A program made the position numbers and the translations under genes. The notes under the pieces were generated by a model, which saw nothing but the letters and a program-made list of their open reading frames with translations, was not told where the DNA came from and ran no database searches. 64,000 nucleotides of DNA from Eledone cirrhosa (Eukaryota): contig OZ024751.1 of the NCBI GenBank assembly GCA_964016885.1, forward strand, positions 5,642,001 to 5,706,000. The letters run 5' to 3'. This document shows positions 14,656 through 28,987 of this stretch, piece after piece (position 1 is the stretch's first letter; every line of letters begins with the position of its first letter).

Positions 14656-15825
14656 GCATGTCTGTCTGTGCATGCCGTTCATAAAGTATGGCAGTATGAA
14701 AGCCATTTGAAATCCAATATTATACTCGTAAAAAATTTAGGAGTTACAGGACCGCAACTAAATATTAACAATATACACACGGGTACACGCTCAAATACAT
14801 GCATACACGCACCCAGCCTCACATACGCACACACATGTATATGAATATCATCTATATATATATAAAACTGTCTGTGTGTGTTTGAGTTTTAATCCCTAAA
14901 ACTAGAAAACCACGCAACTGACTGTTTTCAAACTTTACACATGTAATACTTAGGGAGTGTTCTGAGCAAAACAAATGTTCAATTTTCAATGCCCTAGGGA
15001 CCGCATTATGCGATATTAGCGATCTCTCTCTATAATGCTTAGTCTTTCTCTTTTTAGATAGATACATACATATAATGTCTCGCCCCTATATAATCTATCT
15101 GTATATCTTTCTGTCTGCGTTACGTCACTTCCTACAATTCGCTCTGCCTCCAGACGCGCCCTTATAATATGTCTGTATGTCTGGCTATCTGCTGCCTCCG
15201 GTTATTTTGCCACCCTTGCTCAAGACAAATCTCACACCCATTCCCCAAACAGTTGGTAAGTGCACACAACTTCTTCGTCACGTTTTAAGCAACAGTGTTG
15301 TTTACTTACGTACCACCAGACCCTTACTTCTTTGCCAGCCGTGGTTGTGGCAATACTAAGCTTAGCTAAGGCGGTTATATATTTCACAATACCTTATCCC
15401 GTGCAACGCCGGGTACCACTGCTGGTAGAATATAAAAGTTAAATAAATATAATCACCATATAGATATGAAGACCATACAGACGTATAAAAACACACACAC
15501 ACGCAAACACATACTTACGCACGTGCACAAATAAGGTCTTTTTACAAAACGCTTTTTTTTCCATTTCAGATAGGCGCGCTCCATCATCCACTTTTCTAAA
15601 AAATAAATCATACACAAAACGCCAGCACCAACAGTTTTGCAAGACATGTCAACATGAAAGGACCTGTTATTTTTATCTAAAGACATTTTTTCCAATACCA
15701 TCTCACCCGTCCCCTCAATCTATTTTATTTCTCATTCTTTCTTCTCTTCCTGCTATATCAAGCGTTAACATAATATATCCCTTCCATATACTATACCGAT
15801 TGCGTGGTTATTTCTGTTTACCTTT

Positions 15826-15897
<72 letters not shown>

Positions 15898-16079
15898 ATA
15901 CAATAACAGAGATAGTTTAAAACTAAACTCTGACTGGTAACCATCTCACTCAACAAACATTAGGTTATATTAAAATATAAACCCAATTTAAGTGTTTGGG
16001 GTGCTAACAATATGTATAATGTGGAAAAACAAGTTGTATTATTTTATGAGATATAATTAAAGTTAAAGTATATCTCTCT

Positions 16080-16204
16080 TTCCAAACAATTGTTTCATTA
16101 TAAGTTTTCTACAAGTTTGGGAGAATGTTTCCAGTTTATGTAGAAGCTAATATATATTCATGTAAGAATATATTTAGGTGGGCACTTATAAATCATCAGT
16201 GGAA
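16080..16204 (-). ncRNA. Type-I hammerhead ribozyme with large branched stem II
   Basis: Minus strand: ttcca-CTGATGA-tttataagt...acttataat-GAAACAATTGTT-tggaa; two internal hairpins; palindromic stem III. Confidence 0.75.
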
Positions 16205-16535
16205 GCCCGTTAAACATTGATATAAGAAAACAATTTCTTACCGCTGTCAAAAATCATGTCCGTAAAGTTGCTCTCTCTCACCTCGAATGACCGCCAAATT
16301 TGAAATTCCAGCAGTTTTTGACTGAGGAAGTATCATAGCGACACGAAGCGGGAAGTGGAGACAACCCACGATCCACGAAATGAGGAAAAAAATAATATAC
16401 ACGCGGGTTAATTAGTCTTTTTGAAAACATTATCAATCCAACGTGTTTAAGAACTCAATTGAAAATAAAAAAATAAATATAAGTACCAGTAATGCACTGG
16501 AATAATTGCTGGCCTTGTGCCAAAAGTAGAAACAA

Positions 16536-16569
<34 letters not shown>

Positions 16570-16618
16570 ATATAATATATATATATAAGCTCAAAAGATG
16601 GTTAAAAGAGTTCCATGT

Positions 16619-16687
16619 ATTTTATTATGCGCATTTCAAAAAAAGTTATCATCATGCAATAACATTTGTGTTTTCATCATATTAAAT
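16619..16687 (-). ncRNA. Degenerate hammerhead (C3A) in PLE 3' end
   Basis: atttaat-ATGATGA-aaa...gttattgcatgatgataac...ttt-GAAATGCGCATA-ataaaat; palindromic ATGCGCAT stem III. Confidence 0.5.
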
Positions 16688-17030
16688 TGGAAGACATGAT
16701 ATGAAGGTTAAAAAACACTTGTGAATAGTGCAGTTTTAAATCAACATATGAAAAGTAGTTTTAGATTGATGTGTGATATTGGGATTGTGAGGGGGGGGGT
16801 GAAAAAGAGGAGGAGATGAGAGTAAAAAGTGGAGGGGGAGGAGTATAATGAAAAAGGATGAGATAGGAGGAGAGATGGGTGATAGAGAGAGAGAGATAGC
16901 TTTTATAACTGAGAAAAATATATTGTTTTACATAGAGAGGTTGAAAAACCGTTGGAAGATAATATATAAATTAAAAGAATTTGAAAATTAACGAAGAGAA
17001 AAATAATGTTAAGTTAAGGTTTGTATATTG

Positions 17031-17198
17031 AAGGGTTTAATAATATGTGCGATGAAAAGAAATTGTTAATATGTATTAAGAATAATATTTAAGGGTTTAA
17101 TAATATGTGCGATGGAAAGAAAATGTTAATATCTATTAAGAATAATATTTAAGGGTTTAATAATATGTGCGATGGAAAGAAAATGTTGATATGTATTA
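17031..17198. repeat. 60-bp tandem repeat, ~3 copies, within PLE 3' UTR
   Basis: aagggtttaataatatgtgcgatg recurs at 17031, 17091 and 17151. Confidence 0.95.
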
Positions 17199-18243
17199 TT
17201 AAAAAAACAGTAGTAATGTAAGTAAGGATATATTAGATGAGCATGAAAGGGAGAAAAAATAATGAATTGAGGATGAATAATCTAACGTCAAAAAAAGGTT
17301 TATGTTTACGAAGGATTTTTTCAAGGTGATATAAAGTAAGAATATATTGTACTGTGTAATAATTGTTTCTATGTTAGGCACAATGAGAAAAGGTACAGAT
17401 TAGGGGTTAGAAATTAAAAGAAAAAGGAAAAGAAAAGGAAAAGGAAAAAAGGGAAGTGATAAATAGGAGTGATATAGAATGAGCAACTAGTATTATATAA
17501 TGTATAATATATAACTTTGAAATAAGGTAGAAGAATGGGTATATTTTTAAAGAAGTATATATATATGTGCCTTTGAGAAAAGGATTTTAAATTGATAAAG
17601 TATTATATATTAGCTGTATACTTTATGGAATGTTTTGTGGAATTTATGCAAGCAGAGAGAAAACAAGTCAGTGCGTCTATTTATTATAGAATCTAAATTA
17701 GATATAATGGTAAATTTTTCAGTTAAACAGAGATTGCAAGTCTTGGATAGCGAACTGTTCAAGTATGGAGAAGCAGAAGAAACCTTTTTCCAAGAGATGT
17801 TATATTTAATATTTTTGTCTTTCAAGGACCATATCAGTTCTGAGAGTGCCGTGTTGGTTCTTTTAAGTTGGTATTTAAAAGACGAATGATGATTATAAAG
17901 ACGAGCTTTAAAGGAGGTGGAAGTGGAGCCAAAATAGGTGAAGGAATTGGTGTCAGTTATAACTTTACATTCGTAGATTAAGTTTTTTTCAAGACAATGG
18001 TTGTTGAGAGGACATTTATTTTTAACAGGGCAATTGCAATTGCGATTAGAGAAATTAGCAGAGTTATTAACGAGTGACCTACTGTTATCTATAGAAGGAA
18101 TTGGATTGGAGAAGTTATTTACGATAGGAATAATAGTTTCTTGATTTAGAATGGGATTAAGAACATTTAGCGAAGTTGTGTTTGACGTTGTATTTGGGTT
18201 TTACGTTGTATTTGGGTATTGTACTACAATAAAACTCACCTCC

Positions 18244-18305
<62 letters not shown>

Positions 18306-18308
<3 letters not shown>

Positions 18309-18712
18309 ATTGGTGCTCTGAAATAGCGATGTATACATGAATGTATGCATAGTATATTTGGCAATATACAGTATGTTTAATTAAAAATATTTTGAAGACC
18401 TTACGCTATCATTTTAAAGTAGTGACTATGTCACTTATTTCTTTTCGGCGAAAGAAGACAGAGAAGCTAACAGTCTGTTTCATGCTTTTTGGAAATCATC
18501 AGAGCTACGTACTGCCCTCTTCCGCCGAAAATTATAGAAGCTGGATTCTTATAGAATTCCAGTAATAATCAGGAGCTGATTATACAGGGCGATTGCCGGT
18601 CCATCAAAAAGTAAAAGAAGTGACATAGTCACTACTTTAAAATGATAGCGTAAGGTCTTCAAAATGGTTTTAATTGAACATACTGTATATTCCCAAATAT
18701 TCTATGCATACA

Positions 18713-18717
<5 letters not shown>
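18306..18717. mobile_element. Inverted-repeat element in (TA)n carrying an HHR
   Basis: Arms 18337-18436 and 18618-18717; ~30-nt left tail. Confidence 0.8.
18465..18506 (-). ncRNA. Minimal hammerhead (stem II degenerate)
   Basis: agct-CTGATGA-tttccaaaaagcat-GAAACAGACTGTT-agct. Confidence 0.6.
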
Positions 18718-19773
<1,056 letters not shown>

Positions 19774-19870
19774 TATATATATTATATATATACACATTAT
19801 AAAAAAAGAAGAGATAAAGTACCCAACACTGATTACCTGAAATAATATATATATATATATATATATATAC

Positions 19871-20070
19871 ATAGTAAAAGATATGACCCCCAACGGCAGA
19901 GCTCAAGCCGTTTCGACGGCTATTTCTGGACAGAAATAGCCGACGAAACGGCTTGTGCTCTGCCGTCGGTGTCATACATCATTTTCCTATTACCCACTCT
20001 ACTACCCTAAGTATTGAGTACTCTGATGCGTTATGGTCCATCTGGTTCCTTACAACAACTCCTTCGTTAT
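19871..20070. mobile_element. Asymmetric hairpin element (tail shared with 47936-48018)
   Basis: cggcagagctcaagccgtttcgacggctatttctg / cagaaatagccgacgaaacggcttgtgctctgccg; the 80-nt tail matches 47936-48018 in reverse. Confidence 0.75.
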
Positions 20071-20178
20071 ATATATACATATGTATATATATGGTAAACA
20101 GAATAACACAAATAACAAAATAAACGGCAGAGTACATGGAAGAAATATATACTTTCACATTTGAAATAGCAGGAAGAG

Positions 20179-20214
20179 TCTTAACGTTTTGGACACTAGT
20201 CCTTCATCAGAAGA
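20179..20214 (-). ncRNA. Minimal hammerhead, probably inactivated (G12A)
   Basis: tctt-CTGATGA-aggactagtgtcc-AAAACGTT-aaga. Confidence 0.55.
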
Positions 20215-20242
20215 TAGCGTAAGAAATAAAAGATAAATAGGA

Positions 20243-20432
20243 AATAATTGTTTCTACTTTTGGCACAAGGCCAGCAATTTCCCAGTACATTACTGGTACT
20301 TTATTTTATCGACCCCGTAAGGATGAGAGGCAAAGTTAAGCTCGGCGGGATTTGAACTCAGATCATAAAGGGAGGTAATTATGCGTCAAAGCATGGCGTC
20401 CGACCCTCTACCGATACTGCCAATTCACCACC
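20243..20432 (-). mobile_element. tRNA-derived SINE (abundant family, AAT tail)
   Basis: B-box-like gagttcaaatccc; about a dozen whole or partial copies in the window. Confidence 0.85.
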
Positions 20433-20959
20433 ATAGGAAATAGGAAATAATGAGTGATAACAGGAAAGAACGTGAAAAATGTGAAAAAACATTGGGGACG
20501 ACCATATTATATATGGTCGTCCTAAAATGAATCTCCATAAAATAAAAGTTCATCGTGTCTAAAATAAAAGACGAACACTTTAGATAATATATTCCTAGAT
20601 ATACAAATGTTAGAGCGAAGGAGAGGTGGATATGGCTAGACTGCCTTTATTGTAATATCTGCTTAGTCAGGAGCAGGACAACAACAGCAACATCAACAAC
20701 AACTTCAGTTATGATATGCCGGCAAGTTTTATTCTATGTGGTATGACGAAGCAGCAGCCAATCTTCTTTCAAATAAATCTTCCGAGACTAGGAAGAAGAG
20801 ACGGAAATAGGTATACGTGGAAAAATCGTATGGTACCATTGTAAACTTTTAGACTATGTCACTTGTTCACAGTAACGACCATGAGACCAATTGATGGCTT
20901 AAACCTCAATAAAATTGGCACCTACCTAGTGTCTGGGACGTCTTAGTTTCACTCTACAA

Positions 20960-21161
20960 TACGAGGATCCGCCGAAAAGTTCATAGGTTGACTAAGGTAG
21001 CATCATGGTATAACCAAATGAGATTTACTTTTCAACATAATCCCTGGAAAGAAACGATACAATTATTAATACGAAGAGTTGAAATTAATGCATGCAAGAT
21101 TTCGCAGTCCTAGCATCAATATTTCGTAGTCAGCCTTTGAAATGTTCAGCCGACTCTCGTA
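20960..21161. mobile_element. Mariner-type MITE
   Basis: Imperfect ~33-bp TIRs tacgaggatccgccgaaaagttcataggttgac / gtcagcctttgaaatgttcagccgactctcgta with TA ends. Confidence 0.7.
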
Positions 21162-21625
21162 CAAGGGCTTGGAACCACATTAAAGTGGTTGAGAGTTCTA
21201 ATGAATCATATCAAAGGCCAGTGGCAGCTCCTAATGTCTTAAGCCACAATAAAGATTGTTAACAACTTAAAACATCAACTCAATCAAGACCATTCGTGAT
21301 TAATTAAAACAACAATAACAACTAAAACAAAAACAAAGATCAATTTTATAATTCAATTATCATTGAAAACTTTAATTGAAAAACATTTGCTAGCGTGAGA
21401 AAAGAAAGCTATTTCGTGTAAAATAATATATTTTGGTATGACGAACGATTGATTGATTATAGGAAAATCGTGCCAGTTATTAATCAATAATGGATCCTAG
21501 TGTTTTGTGATTCTTTAATATTTTTAACAAAACTGAACATAAAATGATATTATTCTCTTGTATACAGTCTACACGTCTATACACAGATTATATGTGTATA
21601 CAATCTGTCTATCTGTCTCACTCTC

Positions 21626-21721
<96 letters not shown>

Positions 21722-21757
21722 TTATATAGATACACACACACATACACTCCCCATATA

Positions 21758-21835
<78 letters not shown>

Positions 21836-24521
21836 TAGTATATGTTTTCTTTTCTCCACAGTTGAAATAGTCTAGTCGCGTTGAAACGACCGTAGATGTG
21901 TAGATGTATGAATAAATAGGAAGTAGTTGTAATTTTCGGTAACAAAATGGCGTCTATGAAACAAAAAGAAAGACTTTATGCTCACCCTGTATTAAGTAAA
22001 TTTCGTTTCGTTGAGAAACATGCAGGTGATTTACATAATCGACTTGGTAGAGACTAATATAGGAACATGATCACATACTAGAAGCATTAATGACCGAAGC
22101 TATGCCTCTAAGCCTTAGGTAAACTCGAATAAAATTATCTCAAAAAATATATTCTCAAGAAGAAAATTGTGCTTTCGCATCTCAAAATTAGACTGTTGCA
22201 ACATTTCTTTCGCTGAGGCTTTTTTATATTAACTTAGTACTTTTCTTTGTCTTCAATGAAGTCAACTTTAGCTACAAGTAGATGGCGTGGATTGATTCGA
22301 AAGTAATACATTATGTATTAAGGGCATTGGCAAAAACATCATGATTGATTACATGGTTAAAAACCAGCGATTCTAAAATTGTAAAATATCTGCTTTTGAA
22401 GATTCTATTGGTGATCGTATAAAAAGTTATTCATAAAATTCTTTTTTGCTTTTAGGCTAAAATTAATCTGAGAAAACAAATGCAAAAATTCTAGGAAGGC
22501 GTACACGCCTGGGAGAAAATTTTGAAAAAGTATATTCCATCCTACCTTAACTAAAGAGAGATTTGTATAAAGATTTCATTTCTAATGATTCATTGTAAAA
22601 TATCTAGAAAATAACTAAGTGTATGAGGTATTGAAAATCGACAGAGGGCATTGCAAAATAGAATTTACATGAAAAGATATTAAAAACAAAATGCATGAGA
22701 TGATGAGATAGAATTAGAAGATTTAATGCTCATGCTTTTGGCATAAGAAACATTAAGAAACATTATATATATATAAAGTTTCCTTTTTCCTTAAAGTTAT
22801 TAAGTCTTTCTCAAAATTATAGAAAATATATATTTATCACATACACACGCATATATATATATATACATGCACGCACACACATATATATATATGTATACAG
22901 AAATATATATATATATAAATCATATACACGTATATACGTATAGCATTTTACGTTCGATACACAGAATATTGTGGAATGATCGATAGTTTATATAATCGGT
23001 CACTGAATGTGTTCATACTCTCCATTATTCAGACTGTGCAGCTGTGTATATATATGTGTGTGTATAACCTGGAGATATTCATACAAGAAAGCAATGAGAC
23101 AATTGACAATTGCTAAACGTTTCGTTAACTGTTATTCCCTCACTAGCAATGGAGAAGTGATTTATGAGATGTATATTATGTATTATGTAAATATGATGGC
23201 ATTAGGTACAAAGAATTTTCCGTTAAATATTTCACAGAAGGAAAACAGACTTTAATTTAATTATTACACATAATGAAATTAGAAAAAAACAAATCTTTAA
23301 AATAATGGACTGATAACTTTTTAGAATGAGATATTTTAAAAGTCAATTCTAAACGTTTTGGCAATTATATTTGTTGTCACGATGTAATTTAATACAAAAA
23401 CCAGAAAAAAACATATGGCATTGTCCGGGAAATAAACCAATTAGTTATTCGTCAATTTTCTGAATAAATTTCATGGTAATTTTCTATTATTTATTATTCC
23501 AATCGTAGTATTATAACTTTCCATAGCAGCGATATATAGTTCATATAGAACTATCGAAATACAACACAATTTGTGAATGATTACGTAAAATAAATTGTTG
23601 AATACTCTCATTGTCAATCTATAATAAATCGGATGGACAAGGATGGGTTGATACAGGAAATTAACTACCATATGTTTTATCTCCAGAATTGAAATCTGAA
23701 AGTAATGGGTCGATTAAGATACACAGCATTACAGTTAATCCGCATTCTATATTCATTGCCATTTCCGCCAGTCCATTATCTTCCGCAGGATGTAAAACAT
23801 TGTAATTACAAACTTCAGAAAATCGTGTTAAACGATTAGGAATATATCAGTTGAAATGAATTAATTAGGGGGAGGTATGTTATCTATTAAGGTAGGAAAA
23901 TAAACTATGGTGCTATTCAAAGTGATTAATTGTTAGAAGTAGACTTAATCTGTTTGAATATTTATTAACCCAGGTGAAGTTTCAGATTTTTAGAGGACAC
24001 TATGTGAGGGAAAAGTAAATATGTTCGTTCATATGTTTTAAAGTGTGCACAATGTAAAGTATTGAATAAAATAACACTAAAAACCTTACACTAAACCAAA
24101 AATAAACAACGAGAAGGAAAATGAAAGAAACCTATTTAATCGATTTTCGTGTGAATAAAACAAATATTACATTATAAAAGATTCGAAAAATGATAAAATA
24201 AAACAGAAACAGAAGTTTACAGATAACAAAAGGCCATTAATGATTTATAGCCTTAGACAGAATGAAGTTTTAATCAAAACATCTGAAAATCGTTGTAAAT
24301 GTAACTGTACACACCCACAGACAAGGCCTTTCCCTCCACACCTACCTAATTATTTATCTAGGTATTCATCTAGGTATTTATGTATTTGAGGCTATTAGGT
24401 TAGACATTGCTTGATGTATAGCCAGTATTACACTCATCTCCCCTTCCTTATACACATACAGACGCACACACACACATACATCCACATATATGTAAACATA
24501 TACATGTATATGCGCATATGC

Positions 24522-24601
<80 letters not shown>

Positions 24602-24656
24602 GTATATACGTATACACACACATATATAACTAAATAAATATATATATATATATGTA

Positions 24657-24724
<68 letters not shown>

Positions 24725-25057
24725 TGTATACGAAACGTAAATCACGATAGAGAATGACTATTTCAAGAATGCAAATGTTATTCTGCGACTCTTGTGTAAC
24801 CAAATACAGTGGAAAAGTGACATCCACCGTTTATTTGTAACGAGGAATGATGGGATACATCATTTCACTCTCGTGGGAGATGGCGTTTTCGTGAGGGAAT
24901 ACTTACCTGTCTTCTTTGATAGAAGACATTGTGCAGAATATTCCCTACTATTAACAGCTTCATTAACCCAGGGAATGAGATTCAAATAAATACCTCCTAG
25001 CTGACAGGTAGATGGCCCGTAGTGCTAGATGGCCAGTAGAGGTCATCTACCAGAGAT

Positions 25058-25389
25058 CAGAGGTTCTCAATTTATTTGGGTCACCACCCCCTCACGGTCA
25101 CATCATCCTCTTAGCGCTCCCCAACCTTATTTTCAGACAGACCTACCTACACGCAAATTGTAAATAATATATAATAAATAAAATCGTTAATTTATATATA
25201 ATAAATAATATAATATATACTATGAATAAATAGATATATATTTTATAATTTACTCTATTTATATATAATACTCTATTTGATATACAATTATATCATCTCT
25301 ACCGTCCCCACTCACACCCTTAGTCTCCAATGGCCCCTGGACTTGCCAACGCACTCTGGGGTTGGTAGCGCCCACTTTCAGAACCTCTG
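25058..25389. mobile_element. hAT-like MITE
   Basis: TIR cagaggttct / agaacctctg, AT-rich centre; homologous to 49870-50195. Confidence 0.7.
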
Positions 25390-25689
25390 CGGTAGATGAA
25401 CTATAAAATTGATCAGATACCAATTCCACACGCTCGCATAGGCTGTATACAGAACCGTGTAATATTCTCCTCAAGAAGTCATCAGCAATATATTTGGAAG
25501 CTAAAGGATGACAATATTGACTATAAAATATGAACAAATGACAAATTATGTGAATCTTTTCATTGTAATATGCTAATCATGCAGAGATGGGTGCGGTTAT
25601 AAGAGCGCATTATTTCTCGTAAGATATTATGTATATATATACTCACACGCGCGCACGCACACACGCACGCACGCACACACACGCACACC

Positions 25690-25770
<81 letters not shown>

Positions 25771-26010
25771 CACACACACGCACACAACACACACACATAC
25801 ACACACACACACATCTATTCATACTGTATTTTTTGTTGAATGGCCAGTCTGAATATCCATAATAGAGTCGGATCCATAACTTCTAATGGGTGACCATGAG
25901 CCAATCCTTTGCAAAACGTGCGTAACAGCTCGATACACAATAAAAACTAGCTACCTGTAAAAGAAAAGTCATCGTTTATATATATACAGTATATATATAT
26001 ATATATATAT

Positions 26011-26376
26011 ATTTCGTTTCTGAATTTGTTTAGCAAGATTCTTTATCTGAAATCGTGTGTTGAAACCGATATTGTTATACTTTGGGAGGGTCATGTTGCC
26101 AATAAGAAACACACGCACCAGTTGTTTCACTTCAATTTATTATATATTTATAAATTTACAAATTTATAAATTTCTGGTTGGTTGGTTCTACAACCAGATA
26201 GTTGTTTATATATAGTCATAGTTCTTTCGTCACACACTCTGTGACCTCTTCAGTGACTGGGGATTCCTTTCTTTGTTTCTGTGCCTCTCCTTTGTTCTGT
26301 CCTACGCCATTTTGTTTCTGTGTGTGTGTTGTGTGCTCAGTCTGCGCATGCGCCACATCCCAAAGTATAACAATAT
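26011..26376 (-). mobile_element. Naiad-like PLE 3' end with a 19-bp inverted arm
   Basis: Direct match to 18766-19100; 26358-26376 is the reverse complement of 26069-26087. Confidence 0.85.
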
Positions 26377-26559
26377 ATATATATATATATATATATACAT
26401 TTTCGCTCTAGGTGGCTGAATACAAAAGATGTAGTCTGGCTTTATCGGATATTAAAAATAATATTCGATTCGATTGCAATTATGCAAACAACCCTCATTT
26501 TTAAAGCCATGTCAGTAGAATGAACCCCTCATTCTTGTTCTTGTTTTGGAATGTAAACA

Positions 26560-26603
26560 GAACTGCAGATGTTTCTGGGTATTAACCTTCATCAGTACAG
26601 TTC
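26560..26603 (-). ncRNA. Hammerhead ribozyme (6-nt deletion in stem III)
   Basis: gaactgta-CTGATGA-aggttaataccca-GAAACATC-tgcagttc. Confidence 0.65.
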
Positions 26604-26986
26604 ACTGTTAACCTGCCAGCTGTCAGAGCTAGTGAAAATATATGATATTTTCTTAAATACACAGTGACTGATCAGCCTCATTTGCATATTAGTAGACTGG
26701 CTGATCAGCCAAATCTGCATATTAGCAGATCCACGGATCAGCCAGATTTGCATATCAGCAGACTGGAGAGTCAGTATCCTGTATACGAGCGAGTAATGGC
26801 CGGCTTGGATATATTAAAAAAAAAAAATTTGCTCTCCATGGCTGAATACAATTAATACAATCTGAGTTTTTCGAATATCAATAATAATATTCGATCCGAT
26901 TGCAATTATGCAAACAAGCCCCATTTTTAAAGCCATGTCAGTAGAATGAGCCCCTCATTCTTGCTCTAGTGTTGGCATGTAAACAG

Positions 26987-27034
26987 AACTGCAGACACTA
27001 ATGTTTCTGGGTATTACCCTTCATCAGTACAGTT
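26987..27034 (-). ncRNA. Type-I hammerhead ribozyme, GUC cleavage site
   Basis: aactgta-CTGATGA-agggtaataccca-GAAACATTAGTGTC-tgcagtt; 7-bp stem I. Confidence 0.85.
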
Positions 27035-27112
27035 TTTTTGGGGTATTTAAAGAGGTTTTGCATAATTGGAAACGAATCGAATATTATTATTAATATTCGA
27101 AAAACTCAGAAT

Positions 27113-27146
<34 letters not shown>

Positions 27147-27662
27147 TAAGAAAAAACGGGGAAATCTCGTCTACATTTTGAATTGTGTGCGATATGAAAT
27201 AGCGCGCACGTCTTCAAAGCCTAGCTTGTCTCATAAACCTATGCCGCTAAATATAGCAGCCTGGTTTACACGACATTTAAATTAGCTCAACGAGACGGAG
27301 CCGTCAATATCAGATATTGAATTATATATATATATATATATATATAAATATATATAAAGTATATAAGTGTGTGTGTATGTGTGTATGTGTCACGTGAGTA
27401 CATAAGGCATATATATGTCATACCAATTTCTGACTTTAGTTCTTATATACCAGTTTCATATATTCATATAGGAAGGTCATATATATATGTTACATAGATA
27501 TTTGAAATAACCAAGATCAATTTTCACCATTGTAAATATTCATCAAATCCTTATTATTTCAAAATTCACGTTTAATCTCCTTAAACTTATGAACTACTTA
27601 TCGATATTTTATCCACAGAATGAAACACACATACGAACACACGATATATATATATATAATGA

Positions 27663-27693
<31 letters not shown>

Positions 27694-28462
27694 ATGAATA
27701 TATATGTGTATATGTATATATATGTATATATACATGTACATATATATATACATGTCCATATATATATATATATGTTTGTATATATATATATATGTATGTA
27801 TGTATGTATGTATATATATATATATATATGTATATATGGATATATGGATATATTTATATATATATATGTGTGTTTGTGTGTGTGTGTGTGGTGGTTTGTA
27901 CATTTGTATAAACATTTATGCAGACCACTCACACACACATATATATATATATACATATATACATATATACATAAATACACGCACCAATATATATATACAT
28001 GCACATATATGTATACATACACACAAAGTTATATGCATATATGAATATATATACACACACATACACAAATATGTACTACATCGATGTATCTATATGCATA
28101 AATTTATATGCATACATACATAGGTATATACATATTCATACATATATATAGTAGAATTACCATCACCCACCGAACTAAGCCACATCTGTGTATGTCAGTG
28201 AATCCTACTTTATAGATTCTCCTCTGGTATACTTAATGATCGATTCTGGAATTACAGAATAACAATATTCTGGAAATAGATTAATCTAATAAGTGAACTG
28301 CCCAAGCATTATATAGAATCCCACTTCTGATCCAACATATCTAACTTAACGTAAATAAATCGCATATACATATTTATGTATATATACATACACACACACG
28401 CATATATACATATATATATATATATGTGTATGCATATATAAGTATATATATATATGTGTATG

Positions 28463-28531
<69 letters not shown>

Positions 28532-28987
28532 AGGTATGTATGTAGGTGTATATATATATATTATATATACACTTATTTATGTATATTTTTACATTTGTAT
28601 ATATTTCGCTGTGCATGTGGTGTGTACTTGGGTGTGTAAATGTGTGTGTGTGTGTGTGTGTGTATGAATATACAAAATGCTATGTGTGTGTGCATCTGTG
28701 TGTGTGTATGTCTGTTTCTGAGTGTGTATGTGTGTTTGTTTATGTGAGTGTGTATGAGTGTATAATATATATAAGCGATCTAATTTCCCGGAAATCAGGT
28801 TGCGTGAATATATATTTCTATTTCTAGACAATATTTTTTCTGTTCTAAAATTCATGCATGATAAGCGCACTTTCCTAATATAAATATATGTTAACATGAT
28901 AATATCATTGAATATTAACCCTTGTGATTTTGATGCCAACATCTCTCAATTAAGAACATGGTTTTATATGCTATATCGACATGTATA

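Larger units (their letters stand above)
16588..18200 (-). mobile_element. 5'-truncated PLE (Nematis-like) with GIY-YIG domain 17610-~18190 and long 3' UTR
   Basis: Translates CNCPVKNKCPLNNHCLEKNLIYECKV...YFGSTSTSFKARLYNH...TALSELIWSLKDK...CNLCLTEK. Confidence 0.85.
26400..27112 (-). mobile_element. Retrozyme-like family B: ~427-bp unit, ~1.5 tandem copies, two HHRs, short inverted arm 27040-27112
   Basis: 26401-26603 recurs at 26828-27034; non-coding; flanked by microsatellites. Confidence 0.7.

Noticed and set aside
11308-14706. ORFs up to 897 aa, and a superficially CRISPR-like periodicity
   Set aside because: Translations of a 30-bp minisatellite in several frames on both strands; no unique spacers and no cas genes.
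21948-22056. AAAATGGCG start or YY1-like motif with short [13 protein letters not shown]
   Set aside because: Only 36 codons, no recognisable homology or supporting promoter context.
24899-24909. ATACTTACCTG as the U1 snRNA 5' end
   Set aside because: Only 11 nt; downstream sequence is not U1. It is the complement of a splice donor.
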